In this document: positions 13,901 through 39,349 of the stretch, in pieces
Position numbering within the stretch: position 1 is the first letter of the stretch
How the letters are laid out: each line of letters opens with the position of its first letter
NCBI GenBank assembly: GCA_903813345.2
Contig: CAIIXF020000001.1
Span: 11,966,001 to 12,030,000, forward strand
Source: Owenia fusiformis
Taxonomy: Eukaryota
Reading direction: 5' to 3'
Length of the DNA stretch: 64,000 nucleotides
Translations under genes and position numbers: made by a program
Notes under the pieces: generated by a model
Databases searched by the model: none
Seen by the model: only the letters and a program-made list of their open reading frames with translations
What the model was told of the DNA's origin: nothing

Positions 13901-16900
13901 AACAAGAACAACAATGCACTTGCACTCTACATTTCTTTGAGCCAAAATATATTTCATACAAAAGCATTTAGGTCCCCAAAGATCTACATAATCTAATGGT
14001 CAGTCCCTTCTGATCTTTACAGGAAACCATGTATGTAACCGTGTCAAGATCATTACACCAGATAATCCATCTTTAAATGAAAAAGAATTTAGACGCACAT
14101 CAACCATGAGTCACAACCGTCCAGTGTTTGAAGAAACTGGACAAAGTACCACGCCATATATTCTAAAGTATCACAATGGTTCTGAATCTTCTATACATAT
14201 TGATGAGAATAAAGTTGCATATATAAAGTGTTCCTGTGAGAAGAAAATACAAGTAGAAGCTGCATCGTATCAAAAAAAGGGAGATGGAAATTGTACAAAC
14301 GTAAATAGGTATGTGTTGAAGCAATACTGTTAGTGAAATAAGGGTATAAAGGGTAACAAAGATTACAGTTGAGGTGAGAGTTACTGTCCAGACCCATAGC
14401 CAGGATTTACCAAGGGGCGGTTCAATTTTTGAAAAATTTCAGGGGGGGTTCACTTTTGACAAATTTGGCCCAAAAATGGTCAAAACCACTTGAAACGTTC
14501 TAAGAATGGTGAAAAACTGCATGATTTTGAGAGAATTTTACACCGTGGGGGGGTGCTGTCTAAATGATGTTCAATGAAAGTCCCCTTTTTCAATATCACT
14601 GAATTTGGCAATATGACTGAAATCTTCCTCATTTCCATATTTGTTTAGATGTTGATATTTCAAGGACACTATTGGCATACCTTTAAAAATATTGCTTTCA
14701 AAATTTCAAACTCTCTGATCCATTCTTTGCTGTCACAACTTTAAATTGATAACTGATTAAGAAAGGTTCAACAAATATAACTAATAAATATGCCCTCAAA
14801 TCTTTTATGGTTCCAGTTTAACAGTAGAACAGAGGGACCTTGCCTCAAAAACCATAGTGGAAAACCTGTGTAATAATGAATCAAGCTGCAGCATCAAGCC
14901 AAACAATAATGTTTTTGGTGAACCTTGTGAAGGGGTGCACAAACAGCTTGTTGTAAACTATAAATGTCATCCACCAAATGGATTGAGTAAGTTAAAGGTT
15001 GTATAAACTGAAAAAGTGTTTTCACTCAATTTCAAAGCCTAATTACAGCATGTTGTAGTGTATATATATTACTGATTCTTACTTGAAATTGATACTCAGC
15101 TTTATTCCCTATAAATGTGTAAAAAATATTGACAGAGTGGGAGCGGTTACAATGATCCCTAATTTGAGCAATTTTCAGAATGGTTCATCCAGTGTTTTTA
15201 ATCTGTGGTCTGTATACATTTTCTCAAACATAAGCTATATCCTAATTGTAAAAATGTTATGTATTTACTCGTAAGATACTTACTATATTTTCAAATATTT
15301 AAAATATTTACTAACAAAATACTGTGCTGTATGATGCAAATATCTCCATGTAATTTACAATATCAATGGGAGCTAATTAATTATTCCAGGCTGCAGCTTT
15401 AGATGGAGTGTTCTCAACCATATTGAAGAAGAGATTATATTTGCCCCTGCTTATATCAAAACTAGTACAGACATTCTAAGAGGTCAATGGCAGATTCCAA
15501 CAGCTGGTTGTGAAAGTCAAACACAACACAGGCCCAACTACAATGTATATTGTGGTATGTGATTCATTGTTTCATAATCAAGTTTATATATGGCATTTTT
15601 TGGCGTATAATTTAATACACTGTTGGACAAAGTGTTTTATCACCAATTCTAATATGATATGTGACATCACAATAACAAGAACAATTGATTTACTGGTCTA
15701 TATTGGAGTATGTATGACCACTAAAATTCATGAATGCAAATATTTGTTTTTCTTGTCTGTTTATCATATTAGAATCGTAACAAAGACCTCGATTTCATGA
15801 TTATGTCAAATATATGACCTGAAATTTTATTCAGGCTATTAACGATGAACAGAATAAATTTTTTGGTCATATATCACGCCATAAATCATAAAATCTCGGT
15901 CTTTATTCCTTAATTACATGTACAATATAAAATAGTTGTACGCATTCTTGAAACCATGGAATGATGAACTAATACTATGGCATTTACATTCACAGGATAT
16001 TATATCTCTATCTAGCTCACATTGGAGAACTTCTTTCTATTATTGTGACACTATATGTACATGTATTCATTTCTTAACCAGTATTAGGGATGAAATAGGA
16101 CAGAAAAGTTTAATATCAAAACTTAACATTTTCTATATATATTTTTATTTTCTAGTAAATTACACCAAAATCACTAAAGCAACAACACTGGCTCCTACAA
16201 CTTCTGCTGAACTGACCTCTGATACTACACAGCCTTCAACTTCTTCTCTCGCAACTTCTACCAGTTTAGCTGAGACCACGCAAACTCCAACAATTAACGA
16301 CACCCCTGTTTGTACAGTCATATCAAACACAACCCCAGCAGTAATCTTGCATCCTTTAAGTGAATCAAAACATTCAGAAGGAACCGTATATTATGTGAAT
16401 GGGAAAAGGAAATTAGTATTTTCCCCCGTTGAGGCGGAATTTGCTGCTGTTGTTGGCTTCCCCTGGTTAGCGGTTCTTATAGGTTGGGCTGTATTCATTT
16501 TCTTAACAGATATTCGTCATTTTTATATAAGTTTAAAGTATGCATGGCGTAACATCAAACAATTTAGGAAAAACTGTCAGGATGGAAAATACAAAAGGTA
16601 TGTTAACAATAAAGTTGATGTCACACAAGATGAAGTGACCTCACAAGAATTCAAGAAGGAACCAGATGCTGCACCCAATTAAAAAGGATATTTTGCACAA
16701 TTCAAAGGTTTGTGTGGGACCTCCCCCACGCGGGAAGGGGTGAGGATTTTGACAAAATAAAAATTGGACTGTCAAATGCCTTTCCCTGGGAGCAACCGAG
16801 TGAGTGAATCCCCCCCCCCCCCTAGGAGAGCAATAAAAGCTGATTGACGGAATATACAGTTCAAAAGTCGCAACTCCAGGAATGAAGTACTCTATGAATT

Positions 16901-17855
16901 TCCCACCACATGGGGCAAAAATGCATGTTAAATTGCCGACATTTTCTGTAAATACTCCAAACTTCATGTTATGTGTATTCATAACATATCCCATGATATA
17001 TATGAACCACTAATTAAATTATAGAGGTGACTCTCAATATATTTGTTATGGCAAATCTAGTTTGCTAGTTTTCAAGATTAGTGAGTAACCACATGTACTA
17101 TTTATAGTATTTAGACTATATCCTATAGTTCTGGCATTTTTGAAAGATTGGCTGAAACTACCAAAGCATAAGAAGTTTGGTACAGGTACTCATAAAATAT
17201 TTGTTTACAAGAAAAATGTTATTCAAAATGGCCATATCTTTTTTCATATCTGTTACTTATTATATCATTTAATTGTACTTATGTTACTGCCTAAAAGTGC
17301 TGATGAAAAATAATTGAGGAGTCGTATATTTGGCATATTTTCTTGAATTTTAAACATTAAAATAACTCTTCCAAAACTGCTGAAACAAGAAAACTCAAGG
17401 CAAATGCGTGACATAGACTCCCCTCCATAAGTTTGGCAACCTTTTCCCCCCATTGAACTACGTGTTAAAGCCTCTTTACGTTCGTTTTTTTAGACATTTG
17501 TTTTTTTGATGTTCTCCTGAAATGTTTTTGCTTGACAATAATCAGAAAAATGTGTATTTGCATGACATATTCTGTCATGCAGAAAAACTGGTGAGACAAC
17601 AAATGTGTGACAAATACGCAAATTGCGGGACAGTTGGATGGCCTCACTGTATGAGGTGTCTATATGCAAATCTGATTTAGAAGGCACATTCTGTTTAGAT
17701 TAAAAACCTACTGGTTATTTATTATTACCATATTCTATGGCCACTGAGTGTGGCCATACAATATAAATAAGACACTCTTTGTTGTTTTGAATTTGCCTTT
17801 AAATTGCCGAGCTGTCTTATTTTTATTGATGTAAACATAATAAACTCACCTTCAT
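1940..17855 (-). CDS. Coiled-coil protein, about 405 aa, CCDC159-like (tentative); 11 coding exons
   Basis: complement(join(1940..2025,2403..2585,3401..3489,3888..3988,4222..4298,4465..4532,4910..5111,5418..5499,7446..7708,10493..10553,17850..17855)). All junctions are GT-AG and phase-consistent, total 1218 nt. Long heptad region (LLNDKIEHQERLIDKLRRSVDKMEGER...REIQDLKRFVREDNDSLRRELESVKTRM...ITELRLTVAALRDRI) and an acidic Ser-rich tail. The CCDC159 resemblance is from memory, not a search. The 6-nt first coding exon (ATG AAG|GTGAG) is the least certain part. Confidence 0.8.
2759..3250 (+). mobile_element. Non-autonomous Helentron-associated (HINE-like) element, family A, long copy
   Basis: Starts ACAAGGCATTAACATG..AAAATGTCACCACCT and ends in the hairpin ATGTCACCAC..GTAGTGACATAA. 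The same ends recur at 3772-3880, 6227-6330, 6652-6795, 29587-29720 and 35649-35795, with an inverted end at 2109-2140. Confidence 0.65.
3542..3713. mobile_element. MITE with CAGTAAAACCTGT terminal inverted repeats (Tc1/mariner-pogo type)
   Basis: TA-CAGTAAAACCTGT...GGAACACC at the left and GGTGTTCC..AGGTTTTACT at the right. Same family at 44166-44604, with fragments near 4410 and 27690-27748. Confidence 0.6.
3772..3880 (+). mobile_element. Short family A HINE-like element
   Basis: ACAAGGC.TTAACATGCAAAATGTCACCACCTGCCAT ... AACAATATGTCACGACTTGTGATGGTGACATAA. Confidence 0.6.
5599..5842. mobile_element. MITE with GGGCGTAGCCAG / CTGGCTA.G.CCC terminal inverted repeats
   Basis: Imperfect TIRs and G/C-run interior. 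Related elements at 27352-27658 and 58421-58625, with fragments at about 14395-14545, 40680-40770, 42020-42165 and 54010-54190. Confidence 0.55.
6652..6795 (+). mobile_element. Short family A HINE-like element
   Basis: Same 5' motif and 3' GTCAC...GTGACAT hairpin as 2759-3250. Confidence 0.6.
6850..7408 (+). mobile_element. Family B HINE/pearl-like element
   Basis: TGACCTT-rich 53-bp tandem duplication (6901-7007), AAAATGGCAGCCATTTT palindrome, (GGAC/GGAT)n microsatellite and terminal hairpin CCCTCGAACTTTGTTCGG, shared with 39350-40630. Confidence 0.6.
8115..10388. repeat. Minisatellite, about 77 x 29-bp unit (AATACTCACCTGGTTTGTGTGATACAAAT), intronic
   Basis: Contiguous head-to-tail 29-bp units with point variants and no unique spacers. 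An internal 870-bp higher-order duplication and one inverted unit at the right end. Confidence 0.97.
10603..10616. promoter_or_regulatory. RFX X-box-like motif GTTTCTATGGTGAT (others at 10426-10439 and 11266-11279)
   Basis: Match to the GTTNCCATGGNAAC-type consensus; motif match only. Confidence 0.35.
11120..16682 (+). CDS. Type I membrane glycoprotein, about 565 aa: signal peptide, AbfB-like beta-trefoil, SUEL/rhamnose-binding (Gal_Lectin) domain, Thr/Ser mucin stalk, TM helix, cytoplasmic tail; 7 coding exons
   Basis: join(11120..11189,11550..11972,12111..12167,14023..14308,14817..14986,15390..15554,16156..16682). GT-AG, phase-consistent, 1698 nt. Signal peptide MQKMRQTTYFIVFNFLAIAIYG. SUEL signature LCNNESSCSIKPNNNVFGEPCEGVHKQLVVNYKC. 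AbfB-like ITIESLTYRGYRISH. TM AVVGFPWLAVLIGWAVFIFLTD. Confidence 0.85.
15782..15904. repeat. Imperfect palindrome (hairpin MITE) in the last intron of the lectin gene
   Basis: AAAGACCTCGATTTCATGATT..ATATATGACC..AAATTTTATTC pairs with GAATAAATTT..GGTCATATAT..AATCATAAAATCTCGGTCTTT. Confidence 0.55.
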
Positions 17856-17958
17856 TGATCTTTACACGCAGTCCTATTTCATAAATTGGTCTACTTCGCA
17901 GGATATTATTTATTCACAAAAGAATTAAAACAAAACTGAAGGAAATTTTTTACAACAA

Positions 17959-17970
17959 GCGGCCATCTTG
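17959..17970 (-). promoter_or_regulatory. YY1-type initiator motif CAAGATGGCCGC marking the probable TSS region of the coiled-coil gene
   Basis: Near-consensus AAGATGGCGGC about 105 nt upstream of the ATG at 17853-17855, in a locally CpG-richer patch. Confidence 0.5.
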
Positions 17971-18056
17971 ACTAAATCGCTATAGCGGAAAAAAGGCATG
18001 CTTTCAAAATGGAAAACGAGACGACATCTATTTTAAATGAAAATGTTCAATATCTC

Positions 18057-18089
18057 ATCATGGGCTTTCAACTAGTGAAAGCCCATGAT
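18057..18089. repeat. Perfect 14-bp stem hairpin ATCATGGGCTTTCA-ACTAG-TGAAAGCCCATGAT
   Basis: Exact inverted repeat. The arm recurs at about 18407-18419, consistent with a transposon end. Confidence 0.6.
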
Positions 18090-21000
18090 CTCATCAACAA
18101 GATAAGCTGTTACCATTTCAATTCATGAAATATTAACAGAACGATTTTTAGAATATTATATAAATTCATTGAAGGACGGCTTAAGATTTTACAATAGTTC
18201 ACGCCTTCACGGTGTTCCAGATGGAATCACTTCTAGCCAAGAATTGGCTTTAGACTCGAGTAAATTTATTATACTGTAATTCAATGAAGTGTTATAATAA
18301 TTGGTTATTTTTTAAGAATAGTCACTCATGTTGATAATTTTGTGCATAGAATTTCACTGGAAAGGACAATATGTAGGGTTGATGAATGACTTACCGGTCT
18401 GTCGGATCATGGGCTTTCTCTTGATGGTCAGATACAGACCTGAATATAGACTCATAGGCGGAGCCACCTTTCAGTCAGGGGGGTCCATTTACCACAAAAA
18501 TATTGATGTTGCACTCTGGGAGTCAATCCTCCTTGTTGATAAATTGATGATAGATCTAGTCACAAAAATTTGAAAAAAGAAAATAAAAAATTGCAAATTA
18601 AAAGTGTCAAAATCAAGAGAAACTTACCTTCACTCGGGCTAAATTATTTTCTGTATCACGTAAAATCGACGAAAACTGGTTCTCCCAATCCATACTTTCT
18701 TACATACGACAGCATTTGCGTATAAAACGCTATAAATCGATCGTGGCCCCTTCAAAATTTTTGAAATCTTTTTTCCTTTATTTTAGAGAGCTCTGTTTTG
18801 CATTGAACGAAAATAAGGTTAAACATTTTCATTTAACCGGGGATTTCGGTGAGAGCTTTATGGCATTTGCAAACATAAGAGCCTATTCAAGATGGGGCTG
18901 TAAATCCTAATAAGAACATCAGCCTACAATACAATCCCCTCCATTTATCTTGTTCCAACACCATCCTCTTCTTAGTGATAGTCTTGGAACGAGATAACCC
19001 TCCATAAGTTTGGCAACTGGAAGATTTTGGGCTTGTCAAAAGACAAGTCTGCGTTTGGAGAACGAAGTTCATCAGTCTACTGCACGTTACACCTGCTTTA
19101 GACAATTTTGATATTTTTACATATTGTAGATTTAACAGTCCTCTTTTGAATATCCAAAATTTAATTTGGGTGTTATTTATATATTTTTCATAAAAAAATA
19201 TTTGCACAGTAGACTGATGAACCCGCTGATGAACTTTATTCTCCAAATCGAGACTTGTCTTTTATTGAATCAATCTACTGCACTTAACACCTGCTTCGGA
19301 CAATTTTGATATTTTTTACATATTGTAGATGTTTGTCAATGTACTTAAAGAATATGGTGAAATTTTACTGGAAGGGATTAAGGATTAATGCCTAAGACTC
19401 ACTGATTTGTGGTTGGTTTCTTGTCTGCAGCTTAATATTGGAAATAGATCCATGAGGCTGAAGCCACAATTCATTGGGTCAGGTGCATGAATTATTTTCA
19501 CACATAGTTAAATTATTTTAACTGTAAGATTTGAAATTCAACCAGAACCTTTTGCAAGGGTTATTTCCAGGGATCAACATAATATTCAGTTTTTACACAA
19601 GGTCATGTTTCAGTTTTTTTTAGTTTTCTCTTATTAACATGTTTAGTTGTTTGGCTATAGTGCTCTGATTGGCCAGAAAGTGATCCAACTTTGCAGGAAA
19701 ATACCTAACCAAATTAATTGTTTCATCAACAATTATGATACTTGAAAGTAAAGTTTAATGATCATTACAACATATCAAGAGTTATCCAACATACTTGTGT
19801 CTCTCTCATTTGTATCTTTCAATTGTTGCATTACTTGAATGTATGACATTAAAAATTTGAATTGAATAGTTGTGGTTTGCTCTATTGATCAGAATGTTGG
19901 ACTGATGCATCCCTAGCTGTTTCGCATCCTCCTAAACAGGTGTCCAGAATCCATACCGAAGATATTCTGGATTTTGGAGCCCTGCGTACGAATTATGCTA
20001 TTTCGAGATAAGATAATTAAGGATAATTTTGTTAATAAATACTAAAGAAGAGATATTTATAACACACTGTACATACTACTTAAAATACTGTAAAATAATT
20101 AGTTTATTGCATTTCACTTTTCTATATGATAGGCAAATATGCATGCCATCTATATACATACATGTCTAACATAATGTTTGAATGAAATATATTTTCATAA
20201 CAGATTTACATGGATAATGTATAACGTAGAAATCTTGTCTACTTATTTCATAGAAATGTCTAAAATGTTAAAATGCATGCAGTTTCATCGTGATAAGTTT
20301 ATTTAAATGTAAAACTTTAATTTTTTAATATTTCTGTAATACCAGGGTACACTGTACATCAAAATCGAATAATGTAATATCCTTTTTTATAACATGATTA
20401 TGAATACAGACTTTTAAGTCCTAAAATACTCATACAAATGAATCAAAATTTGATTCACTATTCACTGTGATCGATTTTCATGTACCTCTGTACCATACAT
20501 GTATAGTATAGTTGTACACCTTTATTATGCATTATGTAAATGTTTAGTCTATTGTAAATGTAAAAATAAGTGATAAAACTTAAATAAACAAATCTACATA
20601 TGATATGATTCTATAATGTCTTACATTATAATACGTTACTTTGTATATTGATGCAGTTAGTAGAACAGAACAGAACACAAGTTCTTTGTCGGATAAATGA
20701 ACGGTAACATTATAAAAGTTCAAAATAAATGAAACTTCACATATAAATCAATTTTCAATGTTTTATATTGCAAAATAATTATTGGCAAGAATTTTCAAAT
20801 TTTGTTGCCTTGGCAAGATAAACAAGTTTTTCTTTTATTTGGCAATCTACAGGTTTCAATGTATAACATAGCACTTGCATAGTGACAGATTTCACCATTC
20901 TTAAAGTGGTCATTAAAAATGAATTTCAAGTTATCTACAAAGCGCCTTTTTATACATTCTGAACTTTAAAGAACAGATTTCCTGAAACTACTCAAAATTG

Positions 21001-22567
21001 GGCTATCATAATTATATCACTAGGTGGCAGCACTAAAGCTACTAGATTCCTTATATGAAGGATTGAGCCAGTATTACAAATACTTCAAGTTCAGCAGAAG
21101 TTACAAAATCAGCAGTTTGTAGTGCCATGTTTAAACCTGTTAAATACACATACAACAAATATGCTCAATGTGAAATCTAACAAAAATATGCTGATGTGAG
21201 TATATGTATAGCCTGGCAAATAGATTCTCCTTTAGGAGACAATGGGAGCTCTAACTTGGCTGTGATACTGTGATGTCAAAACCTGATGAAAAGCCAGTGA
21301 GATATGTTGAGTATTAGTATTGCTTTATCTATAGAAGACTATCGTGTACATAGTTGCTTTAAAATATAATAAACTCAGATCTGATTATAATATAACTAAA
21401 ACTGAACTATATATGAATGTATGAAAACATACACTACTGTATCACTAAAATATGTACAAACTGTATAAACATACAAATGAGTATTTTCGGTACTGAGTAT
21501 TTTCAAATGATGTACAACAAGATGTGTACTTCTGCTCTTTAAGAATTAGCACCAGGCAATGTCATAAAATTTCATTAACATATCAAACATCAGATATGTA
21601 TACATTATCTACATTGCAGATAAAAAACAAAACTTTTTTGAGCTAAGACACATGCATGTTACACATACATGTACTTCTCAAGCAGACATCATTAGGTTCT
21701 TGGAGTCAGACCATAACCTAATCAATTCAAAAGTAGTTCAGGGCTGCCTTTTTGAGTGAATTTTTACCATTGGATATTTAACACTGTTAAGGTAAGCAAA
21801 CAATACAATATTTTGTGCAATGAATAATTTGATCCAGAAGAAATATTTTGATAGGGGTCAAAGGTAAGGTTTCAGCTTCCAAGATCTAATGTTCTGCCTT
21901 TATTACTTGATGTAAATTGATGTATAAAAGTCAACAAACATGTACTTAACATGTACATGTATTACACTTCATAATTATGCAGTATTTGTTCATACATTTG
22001 AACTAATCTCAAATGGTTTGTTGAGTATTGTATCCTCCTTAATTGAGATTCTGTATTATGTTGTTACATATCTACTTCCATGTACATAAGAAGTAATTGT
22101 CACATAATACTTGCAATATGTACATGTACTTCATAAACATACCATTGTAATCTCAATAGCCTCAAATGAGACTGTTCTCCACTCTTCATCTCCATTGTCT
22201 TTGGTTCTCATACACACATGAGATCTGTACAGTTGAGATCCTAATATACGAACACACGTTTTAAGTTGCACTTGGTCCATTGCTTAGAAATATACATTGC
22301 TTGATGCACTCAGCATTGTCATCATATTTGCTTTATGGGGTGGGATCACACAGATTGAATACTTCCTGGTCTTTGAACTCATTAGCTTTCTGGTGGTGTA
22401 TCACATGTATCACCCTTTCCATTTTGTTGCAAAATCCGGTAAAGACTCAGTCATTTCGTTTCTTTAGATTTTACATATGTCCCTCATTTTGAAACCATTA
22501 AGTCTTGCATTGCTTTTCAATTTGGATATCTGTTTCTTTCAATCCCGATTGTGTTCTGTATATGTCA

Positions 22568-36510
<13,943 letters not shown>

Positions 36511-38176
36511 TTTAATACATATAATCCAAGTAAATAATTTATGATTAATAGATCCTGACTAGTTGTGGTCAGTATACAATGTATAAAGTCCTAGATATGG
36601 TTTTTACCAAATGGCAAGCATTTAGTGGATGTGAATGACTTAATCCTTCTAATAATCCATGTTGCTACTGCTTGTGTACTAAAATTCAACCTATTTGTAA
36701 CTGTCAAAATATATTGTCCCAAATGTCCCATAAAACATGAGTAGATTTCCTCTCAGAAATTCAATCACAGGCAACTACGTCATCCATCAATTAAAAACCT
36801 TTCAGATTCACTTTAACTTATCCATTCACTCACATAATGTCTTTCGTTATGGCCTTTTTTGGTTTCCAATTCAATGCAGTCATAATCAAAACTTGAATAA
36901 AAAAACTCAGTGCATTTTAAAATGATATGGTGCATTTCCTTGTTACACTACCAGTATCTCAGATATAAATGACTGGTCAAGAATGACAAACAATCAGCTT
37001 TTCCAATGACAAACCATTTAAAGGACATTTACTAAATAATCGTTCTATTTGTGCCAATTTACTGGACAATGCCAAACAAGGTTGTTATGCTTAATTTTAT
37101 TCAGTTACTTTTGTAGCATTGATGTCCATAACCGATAAATGTTGCCATCATATTCATAATCACAGAGTGGATCCAAGTTATTCAAAATTTCTCACAGAGA
37201 CCATGTCTAATGAGGCAAATTCAAAGATATTTCTTGTCCAACTTGTCAAATATCTTCAAGAGCCTTTACATGTTTCATCTAGGCTTCTTATACAGTTGTT
37301 ATATGTGAATAAGCTGCTACTTATTTTAACATCCCTGCTCAACCACTCTGCGACAATCCACATATATTTTCTGATGAGTTACACAAATCTCATTTTAAAG
37401 TATCCAAAATCATCAAATTAAAAAGATGATGATAAGCTTTGTGTTGTGTTCTTAATCTGTAGATGTCACACAATGTATACAAATACAAGAATGAGATAAT
37501 AGAAGTAGGGTTACAAGTGAAAGTTGTTTACACGTGCCAGAGGAAGTCCAAGCCATAACCTACATACTCATCCATGACTAACTAATTAACATGTGAAGGG
37601 TGCTTTGCAAGTGAAACCAACAAAATATTGTTCATATTTAGAACATTGTCTCTCCAGGGAAATTCTTGGAAGTGTCCATAGCTGAATCAGACTTTGAGAG
37701 CATCAAAATCATCGATGTCAATCCAGGATACAGTAATTCGATCTAATCACAATGATTTTTATTTTCATTTAATTGTAAATTTCCGTGCTGATGTATCCTT
37801 AATTTTATTAATGTGTTTTATAAATGGAATTATCATCCATTAGAGTTGATTGTAAGTAAACACATTAAATCTTCGTAAGTCCAATCTTGTCTTTTAGCTC
37901 ATTGGTAGCCTCTCCTGAACTCCAAACTCAAATGTAACGTATCATCCATCCTTTTTTGAATTGTTAAATAAACTTTTTGTAAATATGTCTTCAAATGCTG
38001 TTTATCATCAAGATAAAATCTTGAACATTTATCTTTTTCTCTGCGTTCAATGAAACTTTGATTGTGAATAAAGAAGTTAAGCAGGCGAGTTGAACTTATT
38101 CATTTTTTGATGCTCATCATTTCGTGTAATGAAATCATTTGGCTTGAGTCTGGGATCACATCACTGTGGTTCAAGT

Positions 38177-38185
38177 TGGGTGGTC
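38177..38185 (-). promoter_or_regulatory. Perfect Gli-binding consensus GACCACCCA
   Basis: The + strand reads TGGGTGGTC, about 1.7 kb upstream of the proximal Gli ATG. Confidence 0.45.
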
Positions 38186-39349
38186 TAAATCATTGAAAAA
38201 GTAACGTAAAGTAACCATTTCAACAATAACAAACACAGGGAGAAGTTCTATAGCGCCTCTGACACCTTGTTACCCGCCAAACCCACCACTCAGTCCACAA
38301 CAACATAATTAAAACATTAAAACCAACTTGATGGTCAATGAAGTAAATCAAAGAATTTCCTAAGTGACAAATAAACTGAATGCATTGATATTTTAATTAG
38401 GGATGTCAGAACAACTGGTTTTGGCTTCCACTACTTGGTTAAATGGTTAATTTTGATCTGGTCCACATGGACCCCAGATTCCTGTTCGCTAAATGTTTTA
38501 ATAATTGTAGCATTTTAATCCCTCAAAAGTTATGACTCATTTGTATTGTATTACCTTTTATGGCATAAATGTATCCGCTAAATTGCATGCAACTAAAAAA
38601 CATTATGAAAATCCTAATGCGTGAAACAACTTTCATCTCAATAGATTTAAGACATTAAAAAATGTTTTTAAGCTGTCAAGTTGCATTTTATTAGAAACGA
38701 ACAAATTGGAAAGTTAAAACTACAGTGTTGCGAAGAAAGGCATTCAGTAATTTTATATCATTTTTTATAATAATTATTATGTTTAAAGTGAACTTTAAAC
38801 CCACGAAATACCCATTCACACAAAGCATATAACATAGGTGGCGTAACTCTGGCAACCATACTATGAATGAGTCACAGACTGATCAAATCCTAGGATTTCA
38901 AAGCTGGCCTTTTTACAGCCAGCTTGGGGTTGTAAGAAAATTGGCAATGTTTTGGTAAGAATATCATATTGAGCTAGCGTAGAAAGGAAACACTGGTAAA
39001 ATAAACACCATGCCAAACCTGGTAGCAGCCTATAGGTACATAAATACAACCCTCAGATTTCAAAATATGCACCATTAATCAGCCAACTATTAAATATTAC
39101 ACATATGAGGTAATGCCTACTGGTAGTGATGAATAACATTCTTCCTGGTTTGTCCGTACATACTACAAAGTGGGGGAGGGTTGTAGGTAGGAGAAGGGTA
39201 TGGAGATTCAATTTTGTAAGTATCATTTGTAATGTACACTGATATGGAGGGGGAAGGGGGCCAGTAAGCTTAAAAGTTTTTTTTCTTTTCTCACTTTACA
39301 TCTTTGATTTAGTCAGTAACATAACTGAATTCTTTTATGCCTTTATACT

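Noticed and set aside
17200-19330. Shared CCCTCCATAAGTTTGGCAAC (about 17421, 18998) and a 55-bp direct duplication (about 19076, 19275)
   Set aside because: Most simply decayed transposon fragments; boundaries could not be defined
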